From positions 1 to 51,474 of the forward strand of contig JAQXBQ010000260.1 of NCBI GenBank assembly GCA_029252325.1: DNA of 51,474 nucleotides. Reading direction: 5' to 3'. The DNA is from Akkermansiaceae bacterium. Lineage in GTDB: Bacteria > Verrucomicrobiota > Verrucomicrobiia > Verrucomicrobiales > Akkermansiaceae. The first letter of the stretch is position 1. The number at the start of each line of letters is the position of its first letter. The notes beneath the pieces are model-generated. The model was not told where the DNA came from, ran no database searches, and saw nothing but the letters and a program-made list of their open reading frames with translations. Positions 1 to 9,546 of this stretch are shown piece after piece. A program made the translations under genes and the position numbers.

Positions 1-1
1 C

Positions 2-127
2 ATCATCCTGCCAGAGCAAGACACCCCACTCGCCAACTACTGGATCACCCTCTGCCAGCAATCAGGTGTCGAGATGGACAACTTCAGCCACAGCACGGGA
101 ACTATCAACGAGCTGGTTCATACATAA
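2..127 (+). CDS. 3' end of a DUF1552-family protein (partial, runs off window start)
   Basis: Frame 2 reads IILPEQDTPLANYWITLCQQSGVEMDNFSHSTGTINELVHT*, resembling the 'TPLANLWLT...GV....F..STG' C-terminus of PVC DUF1552 proteins. Confidence 0.7.
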   Translation: MILPEQDTPLANYWITLCQQSGVEMDNFSHSTGTINELVHT

Positions 128-222
128 TGTTATTGCGCTCCTCCTATTACCTCTTTTATAATAATCAACTGTGACAACAAGCAACACGACGAGCAAACAA
201 TCTTAGACCAAAAAACAATATC

Positions 223-1386
223 ATGATAATTAACAAACGACTGATTACAGGCGCAATGCTTTCTTTAAGCATCATAGCAGCACAGCCCTCTGGGGCAGAA
301 ACAACGTCCGCACCACAAGCCACACTCAAGAAAGAATCCATCGAGGATTACACTACGCGAATGCAATGGTTTGTGGAGGCCAATTACGGGATGTTCATTC
401 ACTTTGGCCTCTATTCGCAACTTGGCGGTGTATGGCAGGGTAAGCAGGTCCCTAAGTATGCAGAGTGGATACAGGGCTGGGCCAATATCGATCGACACGA
501 GTATGCGAAACTTGCCAAGGCATTCAACCCAGTCGATTTCGATGCCGATTTCATCGTCCGCACCGCAAAAGAAGCCGGGATGACCTATCTGGTGATCACG
601 TCCAAGCACCATGAGGGGTTCTGCCTCTGGGACAGCGAATACACCGATTTCGATGTCGCCAACACACCCTTTAAAGGACGCGACATCCTCGAAGAGCTTA
701 ACCAAGCGTGCCAAAAGCACGGCATAAAGTTCGGACTGTATTACAGCATCATTGATTGGAATCATCCATCACAGAGCCGCCCCTCCGAACTTGGGAAGAA
801 GGGCAAGCCAGGGAACACTGTTATGGCCGACAATCGGAAACAGGAATACGTTGATTATCAGAAGAACCAAGTCTTAGAGCTGATCAAGGATTACGACCCT
901 GCCTTACTATGGTTTGATGCCGACTGGGTAAGCTGGTGGACGATGCAAGACGGCATTGAGCTCTACAACGCCATCCGGGAGGCAAGCCCCACAATCATCG
1001 TCAACAACCGCGTCTGCAGACGCGCTAGTTTTGAATTGGACTTCGTCACTCAGGAACAGCAACATTTCAAGGGTACTTTCGCAAAGCATTGGGAGGGTTG
1101 CTACACGATGAACAAATCTTGGGGCTACAAGAAACATGACCACAAGTGGAAGAGCGCCCAGAACGTTTACGACAAACTGAAAGACATCAATGAAAAGGGC
1201 GGCAATCTCTTGTTGAATGTGGGGCCTGATGGCAACGGTGTGATTCAACCCGAAGCGATCGCCATTCTAAAGCAAACGGCAGAGCTACTGGAAGCCACAC
1301 CGATTGATAAAAAGATCCCACAGGTCACCAAGGTTCCCGGGATCATTGTGCAAAAACCGAAAGCACGAAGGGCTAAACGTAAATAA
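223..1386 (+). CDS. alpha-L-fucosidase, GH29, secreted
   Basis: Signal peptide; motifs GMFIHFGLYS, YAEW, TSKHHEGFCLWDS, LWFD, WE.C.TMNKSWGY, GGNLLLNVGP. Confidence 0.93.
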   Translation: MIINKRLITGAMLSLSIIAAQPSGAETTSAPQATLKKESIEDYTTRMQWFVEANYGMFIHFGLYSQLGGVWQGKQVPKYAEWIQGWANIDRHEYAKLAKAFNPVDFDADFIVRTAKEAGMTYLVITSKHHEGFCLWDSEYTDFDVANTPFKGRDILEELNQACQKHGIKFGLYYSIIDWNHPSQSRPSELGKKGKPGNTVMADNRKQEYVDYQKNQVLELIKDYDPALLWFDADWVSWWTMQDGIELYNAIREASPTIIVNNRVCRRASFELDFVTQEQQHFKGTFAKHWEGCYTMNKSWGYKKHDHKWKSAQNVYDKLKDINEKGGNLLLNVGPDGNGVIQPEAIAILKQTAELLEATPIDKKIPQVTKVPGIIVQKPKARRAKRK

Positions 1387-1718
1387 CAAATATAGTGAGG
1401 CATTTCATATGTCATGTTGACTGATATGACCGCTCGTTAACTATAAATGTTTACAGTGTATTAAGTGTGCCGGTTCCAGCACCACTAAGTTACGAGAGAA
1501 GCCTCATCCTAGATCACTTTCAGTGATCAAATGAATAGCCGAACAAGGCCTCACAATAGAACAACCCGAGCTAAAAACCCTCAAAAATGAGGGTATACAA
1601 ATGGTAACATTAGCTGTTTAATTTGAACCTTGGATTGAGCAACAAAACATCAGAAGTAAAGAACCCTGTGTAAGCTCGTTCACGGTTCAACCAACAGGCA
1701 AAGTGCCAAGGTATCTAC

Positions 1719-1883
1719 GCAGGAGGTACAGCAGAAAAACTCAAGATAGGCGAACACATCATCCCACCAGAACAAGACACCCTACTCGCCAACTACTGGC
1801 TCACCCTCTGCCAGCAATCAAGTGTCGATATGGACAACTTCAGCCACAGCACGGGGAGCATTAACGGGCTCATTCATTCTTGA
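1719..1883 (+). pseudogene. orphan duplicate of the DUF1552 3' end
   Basis: 1757-1883 aligns ungapped with 1-127 (about 17 mismatches by eye); reads AGGTAEKLKIGEHIIPPEQDTLLANYWLTLCQQ...IHS* with no upstream gene body. Confidence 0.8.
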
Positions 1884-1941
1884 TGTGTAAATACCGCCTA
1901 CAATTGCCTCTCTCAAAGTAGTCGAAAACAAAAGAAAGATC

Positions 1942-2378
1942 ATGCGTCAAAGAAGTTTAACAGTCTGGCTGGGCACCATAGCCATTGTGGCAACGCTTCC
2001 ACTGTCTTCCCACGCAAAAGAAAGACTGAGCAAACCTAACATTGTTATCGTTTTGGCGGACGATCTTGACTGCGGGGACGTCTCGTTTCTAAACCCCGAA
2101 TCCAAGGTGCAAACCCCACATATGGATGCGCCGCCAACGGAAAGCTGGGACTTCGGCAAGGAGACTGGGCCTATTTACACCCGAAAGGAATCACCGCAGA
2201 GCCCGAGTGGTATAAGGAGACCTGCAGGGGCGACTCCTTGGATGCTCAGGCTTTGTTGTTCGATCTTTCCAGTGACCTCGGTGAACGGAATAATTTGCAC
2301 CAAATGTACCCCGAACGAGTTAAGGCGATGAAGAAAAGGCTTTTTGACATCGAAAAAAAGAATTCAACTGGCAAGTAA
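1942..2378 (+). pseudogene. arylsulfatase relic with large internal deletion and frameshift
   Basis: Signal peptide + KPNIVIVLADDLDCGDVSFLNPESKVQTPHMD is joined near 2130, out of frame, to a sulfatase C-terminus (LRQGDW...LFDLSSDLGERNNLHQMYPERVKAMK...GK*, stop 2376-2378); catalytic CxPxR region absent. Confidence 0.85.
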
Positions 2379-2417
2379 TAGCTGCACCATTGGATGCAGG
2401 TTATTCAATAAAGTAAT

Positions 2418-5030
2418 ATGATGAATAAAAAGAGTATACATAGTCAATTGATCGGCCTCACCATGGCTGTATCTGCAGTAGCTCTGACGCCATTCACTGC
2501 TTATGCGAGAGACGCAGGGGACCGGCCCAACGTGATCGTCTTCTTCCTCGATGACAGCGGCTACGGCGATTACGCGCACAATGGCAACCCCACCATTCAC
2601 ACGCCTAATATCTCCAAACTGGCACAAGACGGCATGAACTTTACCCAGTTCTATGTCGCGTCTCCGGCCTGCAGTGCCTCGCGTTATTCGCTGCTGACCG
2701 GTCGTTACCCCGGGCGCTCGGGATTGGGCATATGGGTGATTGGACCTGGAGCACAACGACACCTCCACCCCAAAGAAATCACTATCGCCGAAGGCTTAAA
2801 AACACGAGGTTATCAAACGGGAATCTTTGGCAAATGGCACCTAGGCACACCCAATAAGCGTAACCAAAACGCTCAAGACACCTTACCCTTGGCTCACGGG
2901 TTTGATCAGTGGCTGGGTACGAATGTCTCCCACGATTACAGCAACGCCATGCTGATGAAATCAGATGCAACAGGAACCAAACCCATCAAGGGCTATTCCA
3001 TTATCGCTAAGAATCTTCCCTCAAAGCATGAACTCTGCGCGTCGTTAACAAGACGCTCTACCGAGGCTGCACTGTCATTCATCGAGAAAAACAAAGCGGA
3101 CCCATTCTTTGCCTACATTCCCTTCAACATGCCCCACCTTGGAATACACGCGAGCGACGCATTCCTGGGCAAATCACGCAGAGGACTACTGGGTGACGTG
3201 ATGGAGGAAATCGACCACAGCGTTGGCCAGATACGCAAAGCCATTGCAGACGCTGGGCTCACGGAGAACACCCTCATCATCTTCTCCTCCGATAATGGGC
3301 CTTGGATTAAATTCAGAGATGTTGAGGAGAGTAAGTACGGAGACACCCGCTTGCATGTTGGCTACGCCACACCTTTCCGTGATGGCAAAGGCTCGACGTG
3401 GGAAGGCGGACACCGAGTGCCAGGGATCTTCTGTTGGCCAGGTAAAATAGATGCTCACTCCGTGGAGCAATCCCCGGCCAGCACGCTGGATATATTGCCG
3501 ACGGTGTTCAATATGGCAGGTGTTGAGCTTCCCAAAGACCGGTCACTTGATGGGCGTGATATCAGGTCATACCTGATGCCAAAAACACACCAGCAAAACA
3601 TACCGGAGTTTGAGTTCTACTACTCAGCCTCGGACAATAAACCATCAGCGTTTCGCATGGGCTCCTGGAAGATGCACACCCGCATCTCCTCACAAACAGG
3701 CAATGACTATGGATTCACCGCCTCTCGCGACACCCCGCTCCTGTTTCAGGTGGAACAGGATCTCGGTGAGAGAATTGACCGAGCTGGAGATCAGCCGAAT
3801 CGGATTGAGCAAATGATGGGGAAATTGACGGCCTTTGAGTCTCAACTTCAAGAGGAGGGCTCTTTCTGGGATGCTTCGCCACAAGCTCTCATGGGCAAAG
3901 AAGAAACCGGCACTGCGCCCCCCGACCCCGGTGTTGCCGGACCGCTACCGGCAGAAAGCCGTAAAAGTCTGAAGGATAAAAAGGCAAGAAAGTACATATT
4001 CGCAGATCCCAATTACTTTCAGTGGGGAGGCAGTGTCATTCGTGCCCCAGATGGTACCTATCACATGTTTTACTCCAGGTGGTCGCGGGAGAATCCCCGG
4101 GGGATGAACGGTTGGCTCTACGAGTCTGAGATTGCTCGTGCCACCGCTACAAAGCCGGAAGGCCCGTACCTGCATCAGGAGGTGGTGTTGCAAGGATTTG
4201 GTAAGCCCCAGCCTGAACGTTGGGACGCCTCCAATGCACACAACCCCCATGTGACGAGAATGAAGGATCCTGTCTCCGGCAAGGAGCTCTATTACCTCTA
4301 TTTTATCGCCACGCGTGATGATGATACGATGGAAGACGACTGGATGGATAATATTATCAATCAGCGCGTGGGTGTCGCGGTGGCGGATAGTCTTCAGGGA
4401 CCCTGGAAGAGACATAATGAACCGGTTGTGGAAATGCCCAATGCCACCCTGCATCACTATCTGGTGAATCCCGGCGTCTGCCAGTTGCCGGATGGACGTT
4501 TCCTGATGGTCCTGAAGGGCCGCGGCAACGGGAGGGACGGCAAGCCCAGAGGCTATCTGCAAGGGTGGGCACTTGCTGACAGACCGGAAGGACCATTCAT
4601 CGTCCAGGAGAACCTGCTGATTCCGCACTCTTTTTTGGCAGAGGATCCTTATGTATGGGTGCAGGACGGGTGGATTCTTGCAGTGGTAAAAGATTGGCGC
4701 GGGAAAATTTCCGGGACATCAGGCATTAGTTTTGTGCGGGGAAAGATGCAGGCGGACAATACCGTGCAATGGAGTATCCCAGAACAGGCTCTTGTGGTTC
4801 AAAAAGAGATCAGGTGGGAGGATGGAATTTCGACTGAGCTAAATCGGATTGAACGTCCCTCCATCCTGGTCAATGAAAAGGGCGAACCAACGCATCTCTT
4901 CGCCGCGGCAAGTGTCAAGAAACCGGGCAAAGGTTCCGGAGCTGACCTCGCCACACTTCCTTTCAACCTTTGCTTGCCCCTGGTTCACAGAGACGAGACG
5001 CAAAAGCAAATCAACAAAAGGAACCGGTAA
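2418..5030 (+). CDS. S1 arylsulfatase fused to a C-terminal GH43-like five-bladed beta-propeller glycosidase
   Basis: RPNVIVFFLDDSGYGD, CSASRYSLLTGR, GKWHLG, SDNGP, GKGSTWEGGHRVP; after a Pro-rich linker, WGGSVI...YHMFYSRW, HNPH, VNPGV, EDPYVW, ERPSI. Confidence 0.88.
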   Translation: MMNKKSIHSQLIGLTMAVSAVALTPFTAYARDAGDRPNVIVFFLDDSGYGDYAHNGNPTIHTPNISKLAQDGMNFTQFYVASPACSASRYSLLTGRYPGRSGLGIWVIGPGAQRHLHPKEITIAEGLKTRGYQTGIFGKWHLGTPNKRNQNAQDTLPLAHGFDQWLGTNVSHDYSNAMLMKSDATGTKPIKGYSIIAKNLPSKHELCASLTRRSTEAALSFIEKNKADPFFAYIPFNMPHLGIHASDAFLGKSRRGLLGDVMEEIDHSVGQIRKAIADAGLTENTLIIFSSDNGPWIKFRDVEESKYGDTRLHVGYATPFRDGKGSTWEGGHRVPGIFCWPGKIDAHSVEQSPASTLDILPTVFNMAGVELPKDRSLDGRDIRSYLMPKTHQQNIPEFEFYYSASDNKPSAFRMGSWKMHTRISSQTGNDYGFTASRDTPLLFQVEQDLGERIDRAGDQPNRIEQMMGKLTAFESQLQEEGSFWDASPQALMGKEETGTAPPDPGVAGPLPAESRKSLKDKKARKYIFADPNYFQWGGSVIRAPDGTYHMFYSRWSRENPRGMNGWLYESEIARATATKPEGPYLHQEVVLQGFGKPQPERWDASNAHNPHVTRMKDPVSGKELYYLYFIATRDDDTMEDDWMDNIINQRVGVAVADSLQGPWKRHNEPVVEMPNATLHHYLVNPGVCQLPDGRFLMVLKGRGNGRDGKPRGYLQGWALADRPEGPFIVQENLLIPHSFLAEDPYVWVQDGWILAVVKDWRGKISGTSGISFVRGKMQADNTVQWSIPEQALVVQKEIRWEDGISTELNRIERPSILVNEKGEPTHLFAAASVKKPGKGSGADLATLPFNLCLPLVHRDETQKQINKRNR

Positions 5031-5055
5031 CAATGATCTAAAACCAAGAACCATC

Positions 5056-7500
5056 ATGACAACATCCACTAAACTAATCACCCTGCTAGCCGCCTTTTTG
5101 CCGCTAGCCTCATTCGCTGCGCCCGAGACCCGAGCTAATCCACAATCTGAGCCGCAAATTGAGCCGAGAACCTACGAACTTTGGGAACTGGAACCCGCCC
5201 CTAATAATGGCAGGAGTCATTGGGAGGCAACTAAGTCTAGCAAGAGGCCAAAGTCCTATGACAAAGACTGGGAGAGATGGTCTTACCCGATTGGTAACGG
5301 CTATACCGGAGTCTCCATCTTCGGGCGGACGGATACCGAACGTGTTCAAATCACCGATAAAACACTTCATAACAGAGGCATCTACGGCAAGGGCGGCCTG
5401 ACCAGCTTCGCCGAACTCTTTCTGGACTTCAATCAGGACGAGGTAACAAACTACCGCCGCTCTCTCAACCTCAACGAAGCGATTGCCCACGTTGACTACC
5501 AGAAGGACGGCGTGACCTATACACGCGAGTACTTTGCCTCCTACCCGGACAATGTGATCGTCATTCGCCTGAGCGCCGACCAGAAAGGTGCGCTCTCCTT
5601 TACCGTGCGTCCCGAGATTCCCTATCTTGCGATGAAGCAACGCAAGGGCGAGATCACCGCAACGGGCGATCTTCTTACGCTGAAGGGATCGATGCCTATG
5701 TTTAGCTGCAACTACGAGGGCCAGATCAAAGTAATCAACGAAGGCGGCTCACTGAGCACAGATACTAAAAACGGTACCATCAAAGTCAGCAAGGCCGATG
5801 CGGTCACGCTACTCATTACGACCGGAACCAACTACCGTCTCAGTGCAAAGACCTTCAGCAATGAAACTGCCAAAAAGCTCAACCCGAAGGAATTCCCGCA
5901 CGATGCTGTTTCGGCCCGGATGCAGGCGGCTCACGACTTGGGTTATGCCGAGCTCAAAAAGAGACACCTCAAGGATTATCAAAATCTGTTCGGCCGTGTC
6001 TCGGTGAACCTAAACTCAAAACCAACAAGCGACCCGACACACATTCTTCTGAAGAAGTATCAAAAAGGAAAAACAAACAACTGGCTCGAGGAGCTTATGT
6101 TCCAGTATGGCCGTTACCTGCTCATTTCCAGCTCGCGTGAGAAGAGCCTTCCTGCCAACCTGCAGGGCGCCTGGAGTCAGGATTATTACACACCGTGGAC
6201 GGGTGGATTCTGGCACAACATCAATGTGCAGATGAATTACTGGGGCTCGATGAGCACTAACCTGAGCGAGTGTTTTGAAGCCTATATTGCCTTTTTCGAG
6301 GCCTACCTGCCGGTGGCTCAACAGCACGCAGCCGACTATGTGCGCAAGCACAACCCGGATCAACTGACCAAAGGGGGTGATAATGGATGGATCATCGGAA
6401 CCGGTGCCAACGCCTACTTTATCCCCGGTGCTAGCGGCGGCCATTCTGGTCCAGGTACCGGCGGATTTACCGCCAAACTCTTGGTGGATTATTACCAGTT
6501 CACCCAGGATCGTGAGTTTCTAGAAGAAGTCGCCTACCCCGCGATGTTGTCCTTGAGTAGATTTTACTCCAAGGTGCTAAAGCCACATGGCGACCTACTG
6601 CTCGTCGAGCCGTCCGCCTCCCCGGAACAGACTTCCAATGCCGAGCAAGCCAAGGGGATGCCAGGCCACATTAAGGGGAAAAATTACATCACGGCAGGCT
6701 GCACCTTCGACCAAGGCTTTGTCTGGGAAAGCTATTCCGACACCTTGGCGATGGCTGACAAGCTGGGTAGCAAAGATCCCTTCCTCGACACAATCCGCGA
6801 GCAGATCACCAAGCTCGACCCGGTCCTGGTCGGTGCCAGCGGGCAGATCAAGGAATACCGTGAGGAAAAAAACTACAGTGACATCGGCCAGGAAAGACAC
6901 CGCCACATCTCCCACCTCTGCCCCCTCTTTCCGGGCACTTTGATCAAGTCCAACCAGCCTGAATGGATGCGGGCAGCGAGCAAAACGCTCGACCTGCGCG
7001 GCAACAGAACCACCGGATGGGCACTGGCACACCGCATGAACAGCCGCGCCCGACTTGGCGAAGGAGATGAGGCACTTAAGGCTTATCAGACCTTCATTCG
7101 TGAACGCACCGCCACCAACCTCTGGACACTGCATCCTCCCTTCCAGATCGATGGCAGCCTCGGCTCGATGGCCGGTGTTGCGGAAATGCTTCTGCAGAGT
7201 CATGAGGGTTCAATCAACATCCTGCCAGCCCTGCCAAAGGCATGGAAGACCGGACACTTTGACGGACTGGTTGCGCGAGGGAACTTTGTGGTCTCTGCAA
7301 GATGGAAGGATGGAAAAGCAACAGAACTTTCCATCCTGTCCCGAAGCGGCGGCGAATGCCGAATAGCCTATCCTGGAATCGGAACCGCGACCGTCACCGA
7401 CAGCAAGGGAAAAAAGATAGAGGTCTCCCCTAACGGAAAGGACCAAATCAATTTCGCACCCACCGTGGGAGAAACATACATTTTCAAAACAATTAAATGA
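5056..7500 (+). CDS. alpha-L-fucosidase, GH95 family
   Basis: Start re-placed at ATG 5056 (signal peptide MTTSTKLITLLAAFLPLASFA); motifs YPIGNG, FQYGRYLLISSSR, PANLQG.W, NINVQMNYW, HRHISHL, HPPFQIDG, EMLLQSH. Confidence 0.92.
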   Translation: MTTSTKLITLLAAFLPLASFAAPETRANPQSEPQIEPRTYELWELEPAPNNGRSHWEATKSSKRPKSYDKDWERWSYPIGNGYTGVSIFGRTDTERVQITDKTLHNRGIYGKGGLTSFAELFLDFNQDEVTNYRRSLNLNEAIAHVDYQKDGVTYTREYFASYPDNVIVIRLSADQKGALSFTVRPEIPYLAMKQRKGEITATGDLLTLKGSMPMFSCNYEGQIKVINEGGSLSTDTKNGTIKVSKADAVTLLITTGTNYRLSAKTFSNETAKKLNPKEFPHDAVSARMQAAHDLGYAELKKRHLKDYQNLFGRVSVNLNSKPTSDPTHILLKKYQKGKTNNWLEELMFQYGRYLLISSSREKSLPANLQGAWSQDYYTPWTGGFWHNINVQMNYWGSMSTNLSECFEAYIAFFEAYLPVAQQHAADYVRKHNPDQLTKGGDNGWIIGTGANAYFIPGASGGHSGPGTGGFTAKLLVDYYQFTQDREFLEEVAYPAMLSLSRFYSKVLKPHGDLLLVEPSASPEQTSNAEQAKGMPGHIKGKNYITAGCTFDQGFVWESYSDTLAMADKLGSKDPFLDTIREQITKLDPVLVGASGQIKEYREEKNYSDIGQERHRHISHLCPLFPGTLIKSNQPEWMRAASKTLDLRGNRTTGWALAHRMNSRARLGEGDEALKAYQTFIRERTATNLWTLHPPFQIDGSLGSMAGVAEMLLQSHEGSINILPALPKAWKTGHFDGLVARGNFVVSARWKDGKATELSILSRSGGECRIAYPGIGTATVTDSKGKKIEVSPNGKDQINFAPTVGETYIFKTIK

Positions 7501-7550
7501 ACAACAGAATTTGTGGGCGAGAGCTAAAAGCAAACCCATAGAAAATCATC

Positions 7551-8342
7551 ATGGCAAAAGTATACTACATCGGAGATTGGGCGGTCCAAGTCGGACCAGT
7601 CTACGCCGAGACCTCTTTCAACCATGCGCCCAAGGGGCTGGATGTGATCAACTACGGCAAGTGGCTCGTCGAAGCCGTGGAGTCGAGCGGACGGCACGAG
7701 ATCACCAGCGTGCCCACCTGGGAGTTCTACAACATGCCCCCGGGCGAGTATGAAAAAGTGTTAGAGGAATACGACATCATTGTCTTCTCCGACGTCGAGG
7801 CGAAGAACTTCCAGCTTCATCCTCAGTTTTTCAACCGTCACCTCTTCGGCACCAAAGTCCTGACCTTCCCCGACCGGGTGCGCCTGACCACAGAGGCCGT
7901 TAGGAACGGGACACACATGATGTTCCTCGGTGGCTGGCTGAGCTTCAACGGCGAAATGGGCAAAGGCGGCTGGGGCCGCACCTTGCTGCGCGAAGTATTA
8001 CCCTGCGAATGCATGGAGCTGGAGGACCTGCGTGAAAGCACGGAAGGATTCACGGCAGAAGCGACTGCAGCCGATCATCCCCTGCTTCAGGGAATTGATC
8101 TGACCACAATGCCCCCGATCCTCGGATTCAATCGAGTGAAACCGCGCGAAGGCTGCGAGGTGCTCGCCGAATGGTCAGGAGAAGGTGACCCGGCACTCTG
8201 TGTCGGCCAGTTCGGCAAAGGCCGCGTCATGGCCTACACCTCAGACCCTGCGCCCCACTGGGGCTGCAACTTCGTCTTCTGGGAGCATTACGCAAGACTG
8301 TGGACGAATGCATGCGATTGGCTCTCGGGCGAATTGGATTGA
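7551..8342 (+). CDS. GATase1-like (DUF1355/STM3548-like) cytoplasmic protein
   Basis: YDIIVFSDV, MFLGGWLSF.G..GKGGW, D.RE..EG, GKGRVMAYTSD.APHW motifs. Confidence 0.75.
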   Translation: MAKVYYIGDWAVQVGPVYAETSFNHAPKGLDVINYGKWLVEAVESSGRHEITSVPTWEFYNMPPGEYEKVLEEYDIIVFSDVEAKNFQLHPQFFNRHLFGTKVLTFPDRVRLTTEAVRNGTHMMFLGGWLSFNGEMGKGGWGRTLLREVLPCECMELEDLRESTEGFTAEATAADHPLLQGIDLTTMPPILGFNRVKPREGCEVLAEWSGEGDPALCVGQFGKGRVMAYTSDPAPHWGCNFVFWEHYARLWTNACDWLSGELD

Positions 8343-8400
8343 GGCCATTTCCTCTATCGCAAGAACGACCAACAAGTGCCACCACCAAGATCATAGACCT

Positions 8401-9546
8401 GTGAGTAGCACCACGAATTCCGATCTCCAATCAATCGTCGATCACTTTCAGATCTACGGGGACTACGTGAATGCCGAACCCTATGGCAACGGGCATATCA
8501 ACAGCACTTACCGTGTAAGCATGAATCAGGGCGGCTGCGAGGTCGACTACATCCTCCAACGCATTAACCACACTGTCTTCAAAGATCCGCCCATGCTCCA
8601 AAGCAATATTTCCCGTGTTTTGGAGCATTCGCAAAACAAGCTCCGGGGAAAACGGCATCCGCAGGCCACACGCCACGCGATGACGCTGATCACGACACGG
8701 GATGACAAACCTTATTACCGCGACACCGAGGGAGATTACTGGCGCTGTTATATTTTTGTGCAGAACGCCACGGCTTACGATATCATTAAAAACGAAACCC
8801 AGGCCTTTGAGGCCGCCAGTGCCTTCGGGAAATTTCAGAGCCTGCTGACGGATCTCCCTGGAGAACGTCTCCATGAAACCATTGCCAACTTTCACGACAC
8901 ACCAGCTCGATACCAGCACTTCCAGGATGCTATCGTGGCCGATGCCAAAGGGCGCGTTGCTGCTGTTTCAGAAGAAATCGACTTCTTTGAGAAAAGGCAA
9001 GGCATCGCCGGACACCTGCTCAAACTGCACCGCGAAGGTCTGATTCCCGAGCGAATCACTCACAACGACACCAAGTTGAATAATGTCCTTCTCGACAACC
9101 TGACCGATAAAGGCATTTGCGTCATCGATCTTGATACCTGTATGCCGGGCCTGGCCCTCTATGATTTCGGAGACCTCGTGCGCAGCTCGACCAGCCCCGC
9201 TGCGGAAGATGAAACGGACCTCTCCAAAGTCAGCATGCAGATAAACATGTTTGAGGCTCTGGTCCGTGGTTACCTGAGTTCCGCAGGAGATTTTCTGAAT
9301 GAACATGAGTTAGCCAACCTGGCCTTTGCTGGAAAGCTCATCACCTATGAGGTAGGCTTACGCTTTTTAACCGACTATCTGGAAGGCGACCCGTATTTCA
9401 AAACGAAACATCCTCAGCACAATCTCGACCGCTGCCGCACGCAGATGGCTCTGGTCAAATCCATCGAAACCCAGCAGAATGAAATGCAGGATATCGTAGA
9501 CCGCTGCCTTAGATCAAAATCACAACAGAAAAATAAATCATCATGA
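8401..9546 (+). CDS. aminoglycoside-phosphotransferase-fold sugar kinase (N-acetylhexosamine 1-kinase / MdsC-like)
   Basis: Probable GTG start at 8401; GNGHINSTY, YILQRIN..VF, ETIANFHDTP.R, RITHNDTKLNNVL, VIDLDT.MPG, RFLTDYL.GD.YFK. Confidence 0.85.
   Translation: MSSTTNSDLQSIVDHFQIYGDYVNAEPYGNGHINSTYRVSMNQGGCEVDYILQRINHTVFKDPPMLQSNISRVLEHSQNKLRGKRHPQATRHAMTLITTRDDKPYYRDTEGDYWRCYIFVQNATAYDIIKNETQAFEAASAFGKFQSLLTDLPGERLHETIANFHDTPARYQHFQDAIVADAKGRVAAVSEEIDFFEKRQGIAGHLLKLHREGLIPERITHNDTKLNNVLLDNLTDKGICVIDLDTCMPGLALYDFGDLVRSSTSPAAEDETDLSKVSMQINMFEALVRGYLSSAGDFLNEHELANLAFAGKLITYEVGLRFLTDYLEGDPYFKTKHPQHNLDRCRTQMALVKSIETQQNEMQDIVDRCLRSKSQQKNKSS

Noticed and set aside
4849-5055. Extended N-terminus of GH95, and similar extensions at 8185, 15827, 28091, 40573 and 48291
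   Set aside because: Most overlap upstream genes; downstream starts give proper signal peptides or domain boundaries.
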